A stretch of 64,000 nucleotides of DNA from Octopus sinensis (Eukaryota), in assembly GCF_006345805.1 (NCBI RefSeq), contig NC_043002.1, positions 23,932,001 to 23,996,000 on the forward strand. The letters run 5' to 3'. The notes under the pieces were generated by a model that had not been told where the DNA came from, made no database searches, and saw nothing but the letters and a program-made list of their open reading frames with translations. The position numbers and the translations under genes are program-made. Positions 1-13,160 of this stretch are shown in pieces; the stretch's first letter is position 1; each line of letters starts with the position of its first letter.

Positions 1-755
1 GTTTGACGAAAATCTCCTGCAAGAACTGTTACTCCACGAGTGTGCTATTGTTTTTTATGTCTTAGAGGGTACGATCAAGTGCCTCATCCCAACCACGATC
101 AAGTACACTCATCCCAAACAATGAAGCAAGTTTGTTGGAGAACGTTTGAGAACACCCTCACTTAGTTTATGCTTGTGATTCTCCCATAGCTGTTTAGGGT
201 TGAACAGGTCACATGAGTGAAGCATTATTGCAAATAAATTCCTGAAATAAGTGGGAGAACTTGAAACGGCAGCTTCAGTTAACGTATCATCCCAGTGAGA
301 ATCATTTTATAACAGTCCTTGTCTGTGACATGATTCACAATAAGTTTCACATGGTTGACCATTAACCATTCTCAGATCTTGAAAAGACTTCGGTCCTCTA
401 ACCACATGAAGTAACATACGAAGAAACTAGCATTCAAAGTTGTTTGGATGTACAGTATAGACCCTTCCAAGTGCATCATCTTTCTTAACTCCAGACATCC
501 TTCAACATCTCACTCGCCCTCCTTTTCTATATGTTATTAGTTTAGGACTTGTTTGAAATGAGCTCTGATTACAAAGTTTAAAGAAGGAAGTAAATGTTGC
601 TGCATAACCTGCTGAGGATTTTTAGGATTGAAGACTACACGCTGCCCATTTTCTAAATGTACGGCAAGATGAACTATTGTTGGATACTTTTCATGAATTG
701 GAAAATTGAAAAGTTTCCATGCTGCCTCATTGCTGTTAATATATCAAGCCATCTG
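1..755 (-). mobile_element. Helitron Rep/helicase coding fragment, decayed
   Basis: Minus-strand translation gives RYINSNEAAWKLFNFPIHEKYPTIVHLAVHLENGQRVVF and DDALGRVYTVHPNNFEC*FLRMLLHVVRGPKSFQDLRMVNG...GLL*NDSHWDDTLTEAA, typical of Helitron RepHel proteins. In-frame stops present; runs off the window start. Confidence 0.9.
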
Positions 756-764
756 GTAACATGT

Positions 765-1422
765 TCGCCCATAATTATGACCCTAGAATCGATCTATTGC
801 ATTTCAATCTATTTTAGATTTAGGGTTAAGGGTGGAGGAAGGGTATCTTTCTTTCTTCACAAATGTAAATAAAGCCGATCTGTTTCTTAAAGGAGGGACA
901 TATTCATACGGCACAGAATGCTTTCACCTCAAAAGACGGTCAATAGATTGGTTAAAATTGCCGAAATGCAAGAAATTAAAGACGAAATATGTTACAAACT
1001 ACAGAATTTTCTCAAGAAAGCCAAGAGAAAATGATGTTTTATAAGCACATTCTACCAGTATACGAAGTTTAACATTTTTTAGTTACCTGGAAATTATGTT
1101 AAAAACTGCCGTTCAAACGCAAAAGATCCGAGAAAATTCTATAGTTTGTAAGATATTTGTTGTTTTTTCTTCAATTTCTGCAATTTCAACCAATCAATAA
1201 CGTCTAATTGAGGTGAAAACATTCTGTGCCGTATGAATATGTCCCTCGTTTAAGAAACAGATTTGTGTTTATTTACATTTGTGAAGAAAAAAAGATACCC
1301 TTCCCCCACCCCTAACCCTACAACAGATTGAAATGCAATAGATCGATACTAGGGTCATAATTATGGGTGACAATTTCATATGACACCGTTAGAAAAAACT
1401 GCCGTTCAAACCGAAAAGATCC
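765..1422. mobile_element. Two partial copies of a MITE-like element in opposite orientation
   Basis: About 765-1013 is the reverse complement of about 1131-1371. Terminal motif AAAAACTGCCGTTCAAACxxAAAAGATCC at 1101-1129 and about 1394-1422. Internal TAGGGTTA/TAACCCTA. Confidence 0.75.
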
Positions 1423-4400
1423 ATTAAGCCGTCAAACGAAACTGTAAGTCCTAGTAAAATCGATTTTTATAATAAATTTAACTCTACCTTCAATATTGAG
1501 TCTCCCTCTCAGTAAAGATTTTATTGTATTTTAAAACTTGCTGTAAATTATTAACTTTAATTTAACATTTGTGTATGGGGGTGGGGATGCGCATGCATAC
1601 GTATGTATGAGGTTTTATTATTTTTTTTGCGTGATTAGGAGCTGGAGCTTTTGTTTTGGTCGTTACTCTGAGCGATGGTGATCGCTGAAAAATCATTAAA
1701 ATAGACAATACATAAGCAACGACATTTATAAACACCTCGTACATAGCTATTATTAATGAAGTCTTAGCGTTGATGAATAACTGGTTTCTTTCTTTACTTC
1801 TGTGTGCGCGTGTGTAATGAGTAATCCGTCTTTCAGGGAAGCAAATCCAGCATGTAAAGCTTAAATTATTTTCACCAGTTGAAAATTCGTCAATAAATAG
1901 CGATAAGAATGTGTACAAGAGTTCACCTATTTCGACCTTTTGTTTGAAATTAAAAAATGTTATTCTTCTCGAGATACAAAGATCACATTTTAAAGGCCAC
2001 ATTAGGCCCGATAGATTCATATTGGTGATTTCTTAGACATCACTGTGAATTAAAGTAAGCATTCATAAATGCTTAAGTTGACGAACTTGTAGAGTTAATA
2101 GAATGTCGTGCGGTATTTGTTTCGGTTCCCTGTGTTTTGAGTTCAAATTTTGCCGCAGACAATAAATAAAGAACCAAAACTAAGATTTCTTTATCTTTTC
2201 CTCCTTGCTCTTTCTACCTGAAAGAATCGGCTGTGGTCAAATCTGGAGAGAGAAGGATTCCGCCAGGTTTAAATGCCTAAGATACATCGCATATCACAAC
2301 ACCATATACCTCAAATTCATCAGGAGTTGAGAACTCTAGAACGGAATCAAGGAGATGCTGCTTTTATAGTTAATCTAACAATAAATTGCAGCGTTTTAAA
2401 ATATATTCCGACCATAATTCAATAATTTTTAGACAGTTAATAATATCATTAAGTGAATGTCCATCTTCTCTTCTGATGAAGAATATGTCACCGTGCTACT
2501 CATTATTACAAGACAGTCGCTTCAAAGAAGCATACAATACAAACTAATACTCATAAATGCAAAAATTAGAAACTGAAAGAATACAGCTTCCTACAAAAAA
2601 AAAATGCCTTTTCTCTTCTGTGTAATTATAACAATGCTAATGTATGCTCTCTCACGGATATATGCCTTCTTAAAGCATTACTTTACTGAGATGACGTTTC
2701 TAATACAAATATCAAGGAAATAAAATGCTATGTAAGACTTTCTGAAAATGCATTTATGATAAGATTCCTGCAACATGTGTATGTGTACATTCAGGCACTC
2801 CGAAAGTCGCCTCACTACCTCTTTTTCCAAACATATCGAGAGCTTGAAGAGTGATAATATAAACAGTTATATAGTCAAATGGTCCATGCATAATTGTTCT
2901 AGAAAATGTGATCTTTATTTCTTGGAAATGTTTAATATCTTAGAGCCTTTTCGTAATTTTTAACAAAAGATCCGAATTGCCGAACTCTTGTACATATTTC
3001 ATGGCAATTTATCGAAGAATTTCCAACTACCAGCTAGCGAAAATAGTGTCTTCTCGCACATTGGATTAGCCTTATTCGGAAAAATAGTTGTGTATTGAAA
3101 AAAAAATCACTAATTCATCAACAAATAAACTTGACTAAAAATAGTTATGTTCTTTGATTTTGCATGTTTTATAAATATGATACTGAACACATCACGTTTT
3201 GCATGTGAATATGTGATGTTTTCTGCATATAAAAATCGAATGTGTGATGCATTGCCTAATGATTTTAAGTAATCAGTCAAATATCGATAGCTAATACGTT
3301 TATGAATATTTTTGCTTACATATTATCATTCTATTTCATTCTATTGTCATTCTATTTCAATTGTTTGAAAATTAGGCAACGTAAAACTCAGTCAATAAGG
3401 ATTCGAGAAGCTTTATCTTCTAATAAAATACACAAACTCTGCTATATTTATTAAGTATTTTTCTTTGTTAACGCAAACGTTCACCAGTATATGTGCATAT
3501 ATGAGTATGCATGCGTATATACGTATAGATATATCTTCCTCCTCAGCATCCTCATCGTAATATCATCACCATCATTTAACGTCTACATTCCAATGTGGGT
3601 TGGACGGTTTGACAGGATCTGACGCATACAAAAATGCCATTGGATTTCACTGTCTTCGTTAATAAGGTTTGATGTCCGCCCTAATGCCAACCCCTTTATA
3701 ACGTGTGTTGGGAGCTTTTTTTTGTGCCACCAGCACTAGTGAGGTGGCCATGCTGTCATCAAGATTATGAATCCTGAGAAAGGCGATTTTATGCTAGGAG
3801 ATGAGGAGTTAAAGTGTAAGAGAAAGGGTATTAGCAGAACAGGTTTCTTACTGTGGCAGGGCCACATCACTGCTCACATTTTAGAAGAGAGAGTGATGGA
3901 GGTGATCGGGGTAAAGCTGAAATTGGTCTTCATTAGCCACACTTTAGGTATTATGTTATGGCTGCTGATGATGTTGCAGCTACTGTGTGGTGTAGAGAAC
4001 TCTGGTTTGGCTTTTTGGCATCAGCGTGTATCTAAAATGCATCAATCTTGAATGCTGGGCAGTTTCAACTGCTTCTTTGGGTTGTTAAACGTTCTTGAAC
4101 AGATGTAGTCTTTGTTAATGGCAGGTAAATAATATCTGGGGTCTTTGATTCAGTTACATCACTGCCAATTTCAGAATATGGAACTTCTCAGTCATGCATA
4201 GTCTACCATTTCTAGTTTCATTAGTGTCTTTCTAGATGAACAGCATCACAAAATTGGAAACTTGCACCTTCTTCTAGCTACACTAATAAACGCGCACACA
4301 CACACACACATGGATCAAACAGTTTGATTCAAATTCCTTGGTACTTTAAGTTTCAAGCATGATGTTAGTCTTCAGCCTTTGGAATTAAAAGATTTTGATA

Positions 4401-4644
4401 GGAGAAAGTCACTGATTATTGCTGGGCATTAGCCTGTGATTGGTCAAGAAAGGTCATGCAGTATCACAGTTTGATGTTGGTATTTCAGCAACAACAACTC
4501 GTATATATATGTGTGTATATGTGTGTGTGTGTGTGCATGCATGTATGTATAAGTGAAATTCTATTGTAATGAAGTGCATGTGGGATAAAAAAATTTGTAA
4601 TGACATCACCAAGAACAAATCAAATATTTCTTCATTATTACCCT

Positions 4645-4972
4645 ATCTGGCACCTGTGTCGGTGGCACATAAAAACACCATCCGAGCGTGGCCGTCTGCC
4701 AGCCTCGTCTGGCACCTGTGTCGGTGGCACATAAAAAACACCATCCTAGCGTGGCCGTTCGCCAGCCTCGTCTGGCACCTGTGTCGGTGGCACATAAAAT
4801 CACCCACTACACTCTCGGAGTGGTTGGCGTTAGGAAGGGCATCCAGCTGTAGAAACACTGCCAGATCTGACTGGCCTGGTGCAGCCTTCGGGCTCCCCAG
4901 ACCCCAGTTGAACCGTCCAACCCATGCTAGCATGGAAAACGGACGCTAAATGATGATGATGATGATGATGAT
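4645..4972 (+). mobile_element. SINE-like element with about 2.5 tandem ~62-bp units and RTE-type tail ending (GAT)n
   Basis: CTGGCACCTGTGTCGGTGGCACATAAAA occurs three times, then AGGAAGGGCATCCAGCTGTAGAAA...CCAACCCATGCTAGCATGGAAAACGGACGCTAAATGATGATG. Related copies at about 15425-15920 (-), 21810-21960, 56950-57110 and 58480-58770. Confidence 0.8.
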
Positions 4973-5475
4973 TTCAAAATGAAGCAAAATGTATGAAAAA
5001 TTAAAACAGTTCTGAGCATTTCAGAAATATAACTGAATCACAAAATAGGCAAGAAAAAATATATATCATACAAACACACACACACACACACATGAAATAT
5101 GTTCAGATATGTCTTCTCATTCCTTTTATTTCACATTAAATTTAGTTTTGCATGTTAAAGAAAAAAATCTTTTAAAGTTTAAACTTGACTATTTTCTTTC
5201 TTTTGTACTTTGATAGACAATGTGTGTGTATGTAAGTGCATACATGTATTTCAAATCTATTTAGATATGTTCTTTTCATTCGATATCTTTTTCAAATTTT
5301 ATCCATTTAGTTTTTTGAAACTCAATATATTAACTAAGTCAAATGCAGAGTAATAATGAAGAAGAACCACAAATTATTAAGACACTTTTATTTATTCAAT
5401 GACATATAAGAATATTCAAGTTAATGGAATATATCAACAGTCCAGTTCCAGAAAGGAACAAAAAAAAATAATCGT

Positions 5476-5872
5476 GGGCGTAGGAGTGGCTGTGTGGTAA
5501 GTAGCTTGCTTACCAACCTCATGGTTCTGGGTTCACTCCCACTGCGTGGCACCTTGGGCAAGTGTCTTCTACTATAGCCTCGGGCCGACCAAAGCCTTGT
5601 GACTGGATTTGGTAGACAGAAACTGAAAGAAGCCTGTCGTATATATGTATATATATGTGCGTGTGTGTATGTTTGTGTCTGTGTTTGTCCCCCCAACATC
5701 GCTTGACAACTGATGCTGGTGTGTTTATGTCCCCGTAACTTAGCAGTTTTGCAAAAGAGACCGATAGAATGAGTATTAGGCTTACAAAGAATAAGTCCTG
5801 GGGTCGATTTTCTCGACTAAAGGCGGTGCTCCAGCATGGCCACAGTCAAATGACTGAAACAAGTAAGAGAGT
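5476..5872 (+). mobile_element. tRNA-derived SINE, family A (full length)
   Basis: A box TGGCTGTGTGG, B box GGTTCACTCCC, central CCTTGGGCAAGTGTC, internal (TG)n, tail GGCGGTGCTCCAGCATGGCCACAGTCAAATGACTGAAAC. Many similar copies in the window. Confidence 0.9.
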
Positions 5873-6387
5873 ATTAATTTTGAATTCTGCTAATTTAACA
5901 TTTTGACTGAGCAGAAGTCTTCAATTCCAGGTACGTATTAATAATAACATATTAAAAGAAAGTGTCTATTGCTTCAGAACACAAAAAAAGAATCACTTTT
6001 TAATATTAGAATATACAATGTCAGGCAAAATGCTTGGCAGCATTTCATGCATCTTTGTTATGAGTTCTAAATTCTGCTGAGGTCAACTTTGCCTCTCATC
6101 ATTTCAGGGTCAAGAAAATAAGAATCAGTTGAGCACTGGGGTTAATGTAATTGACTTACTCCTTCTCCTGCAATTGCTGGCCTTGTGCAAAAATTTGAAA
6201 CCAGTATTAGAATATGCTTTATTTAAATATTTTTGGATTGTTATTGAACTGAAGCCCCTGTTTCTGCTTTTTTTTTTTTTTTGTTTTGGCTTTTTTTCTT
6301 CTGTGATACTGGTGCCGAAGAAAAAGCATCCAGTATATTCTGTAAAGTGGACAGCATTAGGGAGAGCAACGAGCCATAGAAATTATG

Positions 6388-6607
6388 CAGAAACGTTAGC
6401 ACGCCGAGCGAAATGTGTAGCTGTATTTTGTCTGTTGTTACGTTCTGAGTTCAAGTTCCGCCGAGGTCGACTTTGCTTTTCATCCTTTCGGTGGTCGATA
6501 AATTAAGTTCCAGTTAGGCACTGGGGTTGATGTAATTGACTTAATCCCTTTGTCTGTTCTTGTTTGTCCCCTCTATGTTTAGCCCCTTGTGGGCAGTAAA
6601 GAAATAA
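6388..6607 (+). mobile_element. tRNA-derived SINE, family C, nested in an RTE-tailed SINE
   Basis: GCAGAAACGTTAGCACGCC...GAGTTCAAGTTCCGCCGAGGTCGACTTTGCTTTTCATCCTTTCGG...; matches the copy at 42486-42717. Flanks (about 6310-6385 and 6610-6720) are two halves of another SINE. Confidence 0.85.
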
Positions 6608-6824
6608 AAAATTATGCCAAAAATGGCACTGATGCACGATGCAGTCCTTTGACTCATTACACTTTGTCAAACAATCCAACAAATGCCAGTATGGAAGGCA
6701 ACGTTACATGATGATGATGATAATGGTGGTGGTGGTGGTAGTGGTGATGGCAGTGATGATTTCTGAAAACTTCATATTCCTTAGCAATTTTGGCTATAGT
6801 GCAGTCAGTTAGCTCATATGATAT

Positions 6825-7015
6825 TCTTTTCTACTCTAGGCACAAGGCCCGAAATTTTTGGGGAGGTGGGGGCGGGGCAGTTAATAAGAATGACCCCAGT
6901 ACACAACTGGTACTTAAGACAAAGTTGACCTCGGTAGAATTTGAACTCAGAATGTAAAGACAGACAAAATACTGCTAAGCATTTCGCCTGGCGTTCTAAC
7001 GTTTCTGCCAGCTAG
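6825..7015 (-). mobile_element. SINE family C copy
   Basis: Reverse complement of family C (GAATTTGAACTCAGAATGTAAAGACAGACAAAATACTGCTAAGCATTTCGCC). Confidence 0.8.
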
Positions 7016-7227
7016 CCTCACATGATAGATATTAACAAGAACCAATGACAGTAATAAATATGTCAAAACTTAGACCTTGTGGAAAGTCTTATAACACTTC
7101 CACAACAATTGAATTTCTTCATCTGATTCATTATCCATGAAATCTGTTTCATCTTTACCAAGGAGTGTTTCTGAAGATGTTAAAAACAAAAAAAATATGC
7201 TTTTTTACCATAATTCTACAAACACTT

Positions 7228-7615
7228 TGTTGTATCTTGGGAAGGTTATTATGTCAATACAAAACACACTCACTAGTTCAATCTCGCTTCTTTATTATTA
7301 GTCAACTGGCTAGTTATTTAGTCAACTAACTAATTAATTGCTTGCTTGATCCCTCTGGAATAGAGAGGGCATGCCCTTGATGAGATCACAAATGGTGATA
7401 AAAGGACTTTGACATACAATGAATTGATTGAGTGATTAACTAAGTGATTACACAAGGAATTGGTTAGTGAGTTGGTTAAATAATTAGCCAATTGACTGAT
7501 AATAAAGAAGTGAAATCAAGCCAATGTTTGTGTTTATTATTGATGTTATGACCCTCCCAAATATGATTTGTTTCAACATGGAAGTTCACATCAAGAATCT
7601 TGCAAGTCAAATACA
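7228..7615. mobile_element. MITE-like element with ~100-bp imperfect inverted arms
   Basis: About 7230-7328 is reverse-complementary to about 7478-7565. The same arms recur at about 23615-23700 and 24232-24305. Confidence 0.65.
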
Positions 7616-8021
7616 ATTGTTTTGATTTTCTCTCCTGAACACATTACTGCTATCGTGGTAATCACTTGTTTAACATTAACTGTTAGAATTTCCTCACCAT
7701 TGTTCACACTAAAAAGTAACCTTAATTAGCAAAATTTAAAAGTAATGTTTAGTGTGAAAAATCTATTAATGGACTACAAAATACAAACAGTAAATAATCA
7801 ACATTGGATAAGTCTTTTTTTTTTTAAATAAATAATTTTTCATAAAATAAATTCCAATAAATCAAATAATAATTTGAAGTTGAAAATTTTCATGCTGATT
7901 TTTCTTTTTTTTTTTTCATGATTAAAGTTGTTTATAACAATGAATATAAACTAGTTGCCTTTGGAAATTCTATGTGATAAAAGATGTATTTATATTCACT
8001 ATAAAATCTACATAAATATTG

Positions 8022-8355
8022 TGAAGGTGCATAGCTCAGTGATTAGAGCATTGAGCTTACGATCGTGAGGTTGTGAGCTCGAATCCCAGACTGGACTGCG
8101 TGTTGTGTTCTTGAGCAAGACACTATATTTCACGTTGCTCCAGTTCACTCAGCTGTAGAAATGAGTTGTGATGTCACAGGTGCCAAGCTGTTATCGGCCC
8201 TTGTCTTTCCCGTGGATGACACTGGTGGCATGGAGAGGGAAGGTCAGTATGCATGGGCGACTGCTGGTCTTCCATAAACCTTGCCCAGACTTGTGCCTGG
8301 GAGGGAAAATTTGTAGATGCAATCTCATGGTCAGTGTTGTGACCAAAGGGGGTCT
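8022..8355 (+). mobile_element. tRNA-derived SINE, family B
   Basis: A box TAGCTCAGTGA, B-box-like GCTCGAATCC, central TGTGTTCTTGAGCAAGACACT. Close minus-strand copy at 32470-32805. Confidence 0.85.
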
Positions 8356-8370
8356 CAGAATTGAATGCCA

Positions 8371-8750
8371 GTGTGGTAAGTAGCTTGCTTACCAGCCACA
8401 TGGTTCCAGGTTCAGTCCCACTGCATGACACCTTTGGCCAGTGTCTTAGCCTTGGGCCAGCCAAAGCCTTGTGAGTGGATTTGGTAGACGGTAACTGAAA
8501 GAAGCCCATCATGGATATATGTATATGTGTGTGTGTATGTCTGAGTGTCTGTGCTTGTCCCTCCATCATTGCTTGACAAGTGATGTTGGTGTGTATACGT
8601 CCCTGTAACTTAGTGGTTTGGCAAAAGAGACTGATAGGATAATTACTAGGTTCACGAAGAATAAATCCAGTGGTCGATTTGTTCAGCTAAAGGCAGCGCT
8701 CCAGCATGGCTCCAGTCAAATGACTGAAACAAATGAAATAATAAAAGAAT
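8371..8750 (+). mobile_element. SINE family A copy
   Basis: Colinear with 5476-5872. Confidence 0.9.
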
Positions 8751-8861
8751 ATATATATATAATATATATATATATAATTATTGATATTAGGGAATTTATT
8801 TGCGAGTCCACAGGGGAGAGAAATTCAATTTAGTGGTACTAAAATAAATTACTCACTGTAC

Positions 8862-8918
<57 letters not shown>

Positions 8919-9214
8919 ATATATATATATATATAAATCTAGTATGCATTATTATATTAACATATTGCTGTTTGCATTCTTTACTTTGAATTTCAGCTAA
9001 TTTGGTTCTTATTTATGATGTAATTTAAAAATGAAACAAAAATTAAACGATAAAACTAGCAATGTTTGCATTATTATGTTTTGAAAATCAAAGAGTCATT
9101 TTGTCATCACCAACACCAGCATCATGGAACTCTGGAAATGAGCAACATTGCTTGTATGATGGTGCTGCTCCTTTACTAATATGGCATGATGTGAAAAAAA
9201 GGGGACACACAAAC

Positions 9215-9625
9215 ATGTGCACAGAAGGGGCTGTGTGGTAAGTAGCTTGCTTACTAACCACATGATTCTGGGTTCAGTTCCACTGTGTGGCACTTTGGGC
9301 AAGTGTCTTTTACTATAGTCTCGGGCCAACCAAAGCCTTTTGAGTGGATTTGGTAAATGGAAACTGAAAGAAACCCACCGTATATATATGTGTGTGTATG
9401 TGTGTGAATGATTGTATATCTGTGTTTGTCACCCCTACCATTGCTTGACAACTGATGTTGGTGTGTTTATGTTCCTGTAGCTTAGCGGTTTGGCAAAAGG
9501 GATCGATAGAATAAGTACTAGGCTTACAAAGAATGTCCTGGGGTCAATTTGTTCAGCTAAAGGTGGTGCACCAGTATGGCCACAGTCTAATGACTGAAAC
9601 AACTAAAAGAATAAAAGAATAAGAA
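9215..9625 (+). mobile_element. SINE family A copy
   Basis: Colinear with 5476-5872. A further 3' half lies at about 9800-10017 and a minus-strand 5' half at about 10060-10220. Confidence 0.9.
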
Positions 9626-9641
9626 TACATATATATATATG

Positions 9642-9790
9642 CAGGATCAATTTAACAACATAAAAGGCCCCTGAGCAAATCAATATACTGGGCCCTATAG
9701 TATGTATTTATTGATTGTATACATGGATCAAAATTGGGGCTCTAGACCCATGAGGCCTCAGGCAACTGCCCTGTATGCACATGACTTAAG
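9642..9790. mobile_element. Short hAT-like MITE remnant
   Basis: CAGGATCAATTTAA...TTAAGATGGCAATG termini with internal GGCCCC/GGGCCC motifs. Confidence 0.4.
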
Positions 9791-10026
9791 ATGGCAATGT
9801 GTGTGTGTGTGTGTGTGTGTGTGTCTATGTTTGTTCCCCCATGATTGTTTGACAACCAATTTTGGTGTGTTTACATCCCTGTAAGTTAGCAGCTGTGCAA
9901 AAGTGACCGATAGAATAACTATGAGGCTTACAAAGAATAATTCCCAGGGTTCATTTGTTTGACTGAAGGTAGTGCTCCAACATGGCCTCAGTCAAATGAC
10001 TGAAACAAGTAAAAGAATATATATAC

Positions 10027-10058
<32 letters not shown>

Positions 10059-10584
10059 CTGACAGATTTCTTTCATTTTCCAGCTGTTAAACTCACAAGA
10101 CTTTGGTCAGTCTGAAGCCACTGTAAAGGACACTTGCCCAAGGTACAATGAAGTGGGACTAAACCTGAGACTACGTGTTTGGGAATGAAGCTTCTCCACC
10201 ACACAGCTACACCTGTTCTTATATAATCAGTAAAAAATATAAAATTTAATATATTTTGCTTGCATTTGAAGTATAAAATACATTTTGTTGGCATTTGAAG
10301 TTTATAAATATATTTTGCTTTTATTTGAAGCATATAAATATAATTTGTTTTCATCCTTAATAAATTGAAACAACAGCATTTTTAAATATTCTGAAAGTGA
10401 AACAGTACAATACTTTCATTATTGTATACATATTTCATTTTTTTAACTAATACAGCTATTATAAGCTATTCGTGTTCTTCATTCATGTAATTAATTTACA
10501 AATACATTTATGAAACATTAGATTGAGATTCCTTATTGTTTAATATTGAACAACAAATCACAAATGAGCTGACAGAGAAGAGAG

Positions 10585-10586
<2 letters not shown>

Positions 10587-10628
<42 letters not shown>

Positions 10629-12036
10629 CTGACTGACTGACTGAGACACTGACTGACTGACTGACTGACTGACTGACTGACTGACTGAATGACTGACTGA
10701 CTGACTGACTGACTGACTGACTGACTGACTGACTGACTGACTGACTGACTGAGACTGACTGACTGACTGACTGACTGACTGACTGACTGACTGACTGACT
10801 GACTGACTGACTGACTGACTGACTGACTGACTGACTGACACTGACTGACTGACTGACTGACTGACTGACTGACTGACTGACTGAATGACTGACTGACTGA
10901 CTGACTGACTGACTGACTGACTGACTGACTGACTGACTGACTGACTGACTGACTGACTGACTGACTGACTGACTGACTGACTGACTGACTGACTGACTGA
11001 CTGACTGACTGACTGACTGACTGACTGACTGACTGACTGACTGACTGACTGACTGACTGACTGACTGACTGACTGACTGACTGACTGACTGACTGACTGA
11101 CTGACTGACTGACTGACTGACTGACTGACTGACTGACTGACTGACTGACTGACTGACTGACTGACTGACTGACTGACTGTGACTGACTGACTGACTGACT
11201 GACTGACTGACTGACTGTGACTGACTGACTGACTGACTGACTGACTGACTGAGACTGACTGACTGACTGACTGACTGACACTGACTGACTGACTGACTGA
11301 CTGACTGACTGACTGACTGACTGACTGACTGACTGACTGACTGACTGACTGACTGACTGACTGACTGACTGACTGACTGACTGACTGACTGACTGACTGA
11401 CTGACTGACTGACTGACTGACTGACTGACTGACTGACTGACTGACTGACTGACTGACTGACTGACTCTGACTGACTGACTGACTGACTGACTGAGACTGA
11501 CTGACTGACTGAGACTGACTGACTGACTGACTGGACTGACTGACTGACTGACTGACTGACTGACTGACTGACTGACTGACTGACTGACTGACTGACTGAC
11601 TGACTGACTGACTGACTGACTGACTGACTGACTGACTGACTGACTGACTGACTGACTGACTGACTGACTGACTGACTGACTGACTGACTGACTGACTGAC
11701 TGACTGACTGACTGACTGACTGACTGAGACCGTGACTGACTGACTGACTGACTGACTGACTGACTGACTGACTGACTGACTGACTGACTGACTGACTGAC
11801 TGACTGACTGACTGACTGACTGACTGACTGACTGACTGACTGACTGACTGACTGACTGACTGACTGACTGACTGACTGACTGACTGACTGACTGACTGAC
11901 TGACTGACTGACTGACTGACTGACTGACTGACTGACTGACTGACTGACTGACTGACTGACTGACTGACTGACTGACTGACTGACTGACTGACTGACTGAC
12001 TGACTGACTGACTGACTGACTGACTGACTGACTGAC
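10587..12036. repeat. Compound microsatellite: (GT)n followed by ~1.4 kb (GACT)n
   Basis: Directly visible. GACT array 10627-12036 has only scattered interruptions. Confidence 0.99.
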
Positions 12037-12379
12037 AAAGGTCAGATAATAATTGAGGAGGGGAGTAATAGAAATGAGAGAGAGAGACGTAGTGGGAGAG
12101 GAAGTGGTAATTAGCAATGAATGAAGGTGATGATGTGGACAGAACCAATTTTTTGTCATTCCTTGATACACAGATAGCAAAATGGGAGAGAGATAGTCAT
12201 AGTTGGGAGGCATGGTAATGGGGAAGGAGATGAGTGATAGATGAGAAATAATGAAGAAAGTTAAGAGAACGGTAGATTAAGAATTATCATGAATATAATT
12301 GGTAAGAAACCAAAATGTAAATATTACACATCACATACATCACAATCTCCATTACCACCACCACCACTGTCATCATTAT

Positions 12380-13160
12380 TTTTTTCAAGTATCTACATAG
12401 GTTTTTCCAAGCTTATGTAGGCTGGGTGGGTCATGTCAACACTGTTTTGCTACTTGTTGCAGGCACCTGTTATCTCTTGAGATCAGTCTTCACCAATTCA
12501 TCTTTTGTCTTCATCAGGCTCCATCCATTCATAGTGTTTGGCATTTCTTTATACAAGAGACATCCTCAATATGCACCTCATGCCCATACAACTCTAGTTT
12601 TCTTTTTTGTATGCATCTGTTTCCTCTAAAATTCAGTTTTTCTCCCAGTCCATTTGAGCTCTGTTGTTGATGTAGACCAATATTACACTTCCAGTGGATC
12701 ATCCTTGTCTCAGTTCTATCCAATATTCATAAATCCTCCACTTTCAAAACCCATATCTTACTACTATTCAGCACCAGAATTTGTGCACAAACATCATAAA
12801 AACTAGCTTTCATTCTGAAAACCAAATCCTTTGTTTCCCGTAAAGATGATAGCATTCTGAAGGTTTTCCAGCCTATGTTTATTCTTGAAAATATGCTTTC
12901 AGAACACCTTCAGCCACCACTAATTAGGCTACAAAGATAATAAAAACTGCTCGCTAATTCTAGAGAGCTTTCTGAACAATTGAAAGAATTTATATCATGT
13001 GTACTCTTACTGCTAATCATTTGCATCTATAACATAGGAAGTCTTCTTTCTCTGCCTGTATTCAATTCCTCTTCACCACCTGCGCATGCATAGGTTGCAC
13101 TGGATACTCTAAATGGAATTCCAATCTCTTCTTTTCTGGATATTGTGCATGACCATTTCC
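12380..13160 (-). mobile_element. RTE-clade LINE 3' fragment, decayed
   Basis: Minus-strand remnants KRKLELYGHEVHIED and RMIHWKCNI, plus a Cys-rich insert like that at 18170-18320. 3' end resembles the RTE-type SINE tail. Confidence 0.75.

Noticed and set aside
1562-2020. 152-aa minus-strand ORF
   Set aside because: No recognisable domain; ends in low-complexity sequence; no supporting exon structure.
10508-12213. Three 500+ aa QSVS-repeat ORFs as a protein gene
   Set aside because: All three frames are open only because (CAGT)n has no stop codon; flanks are (CA)n and low complexity.
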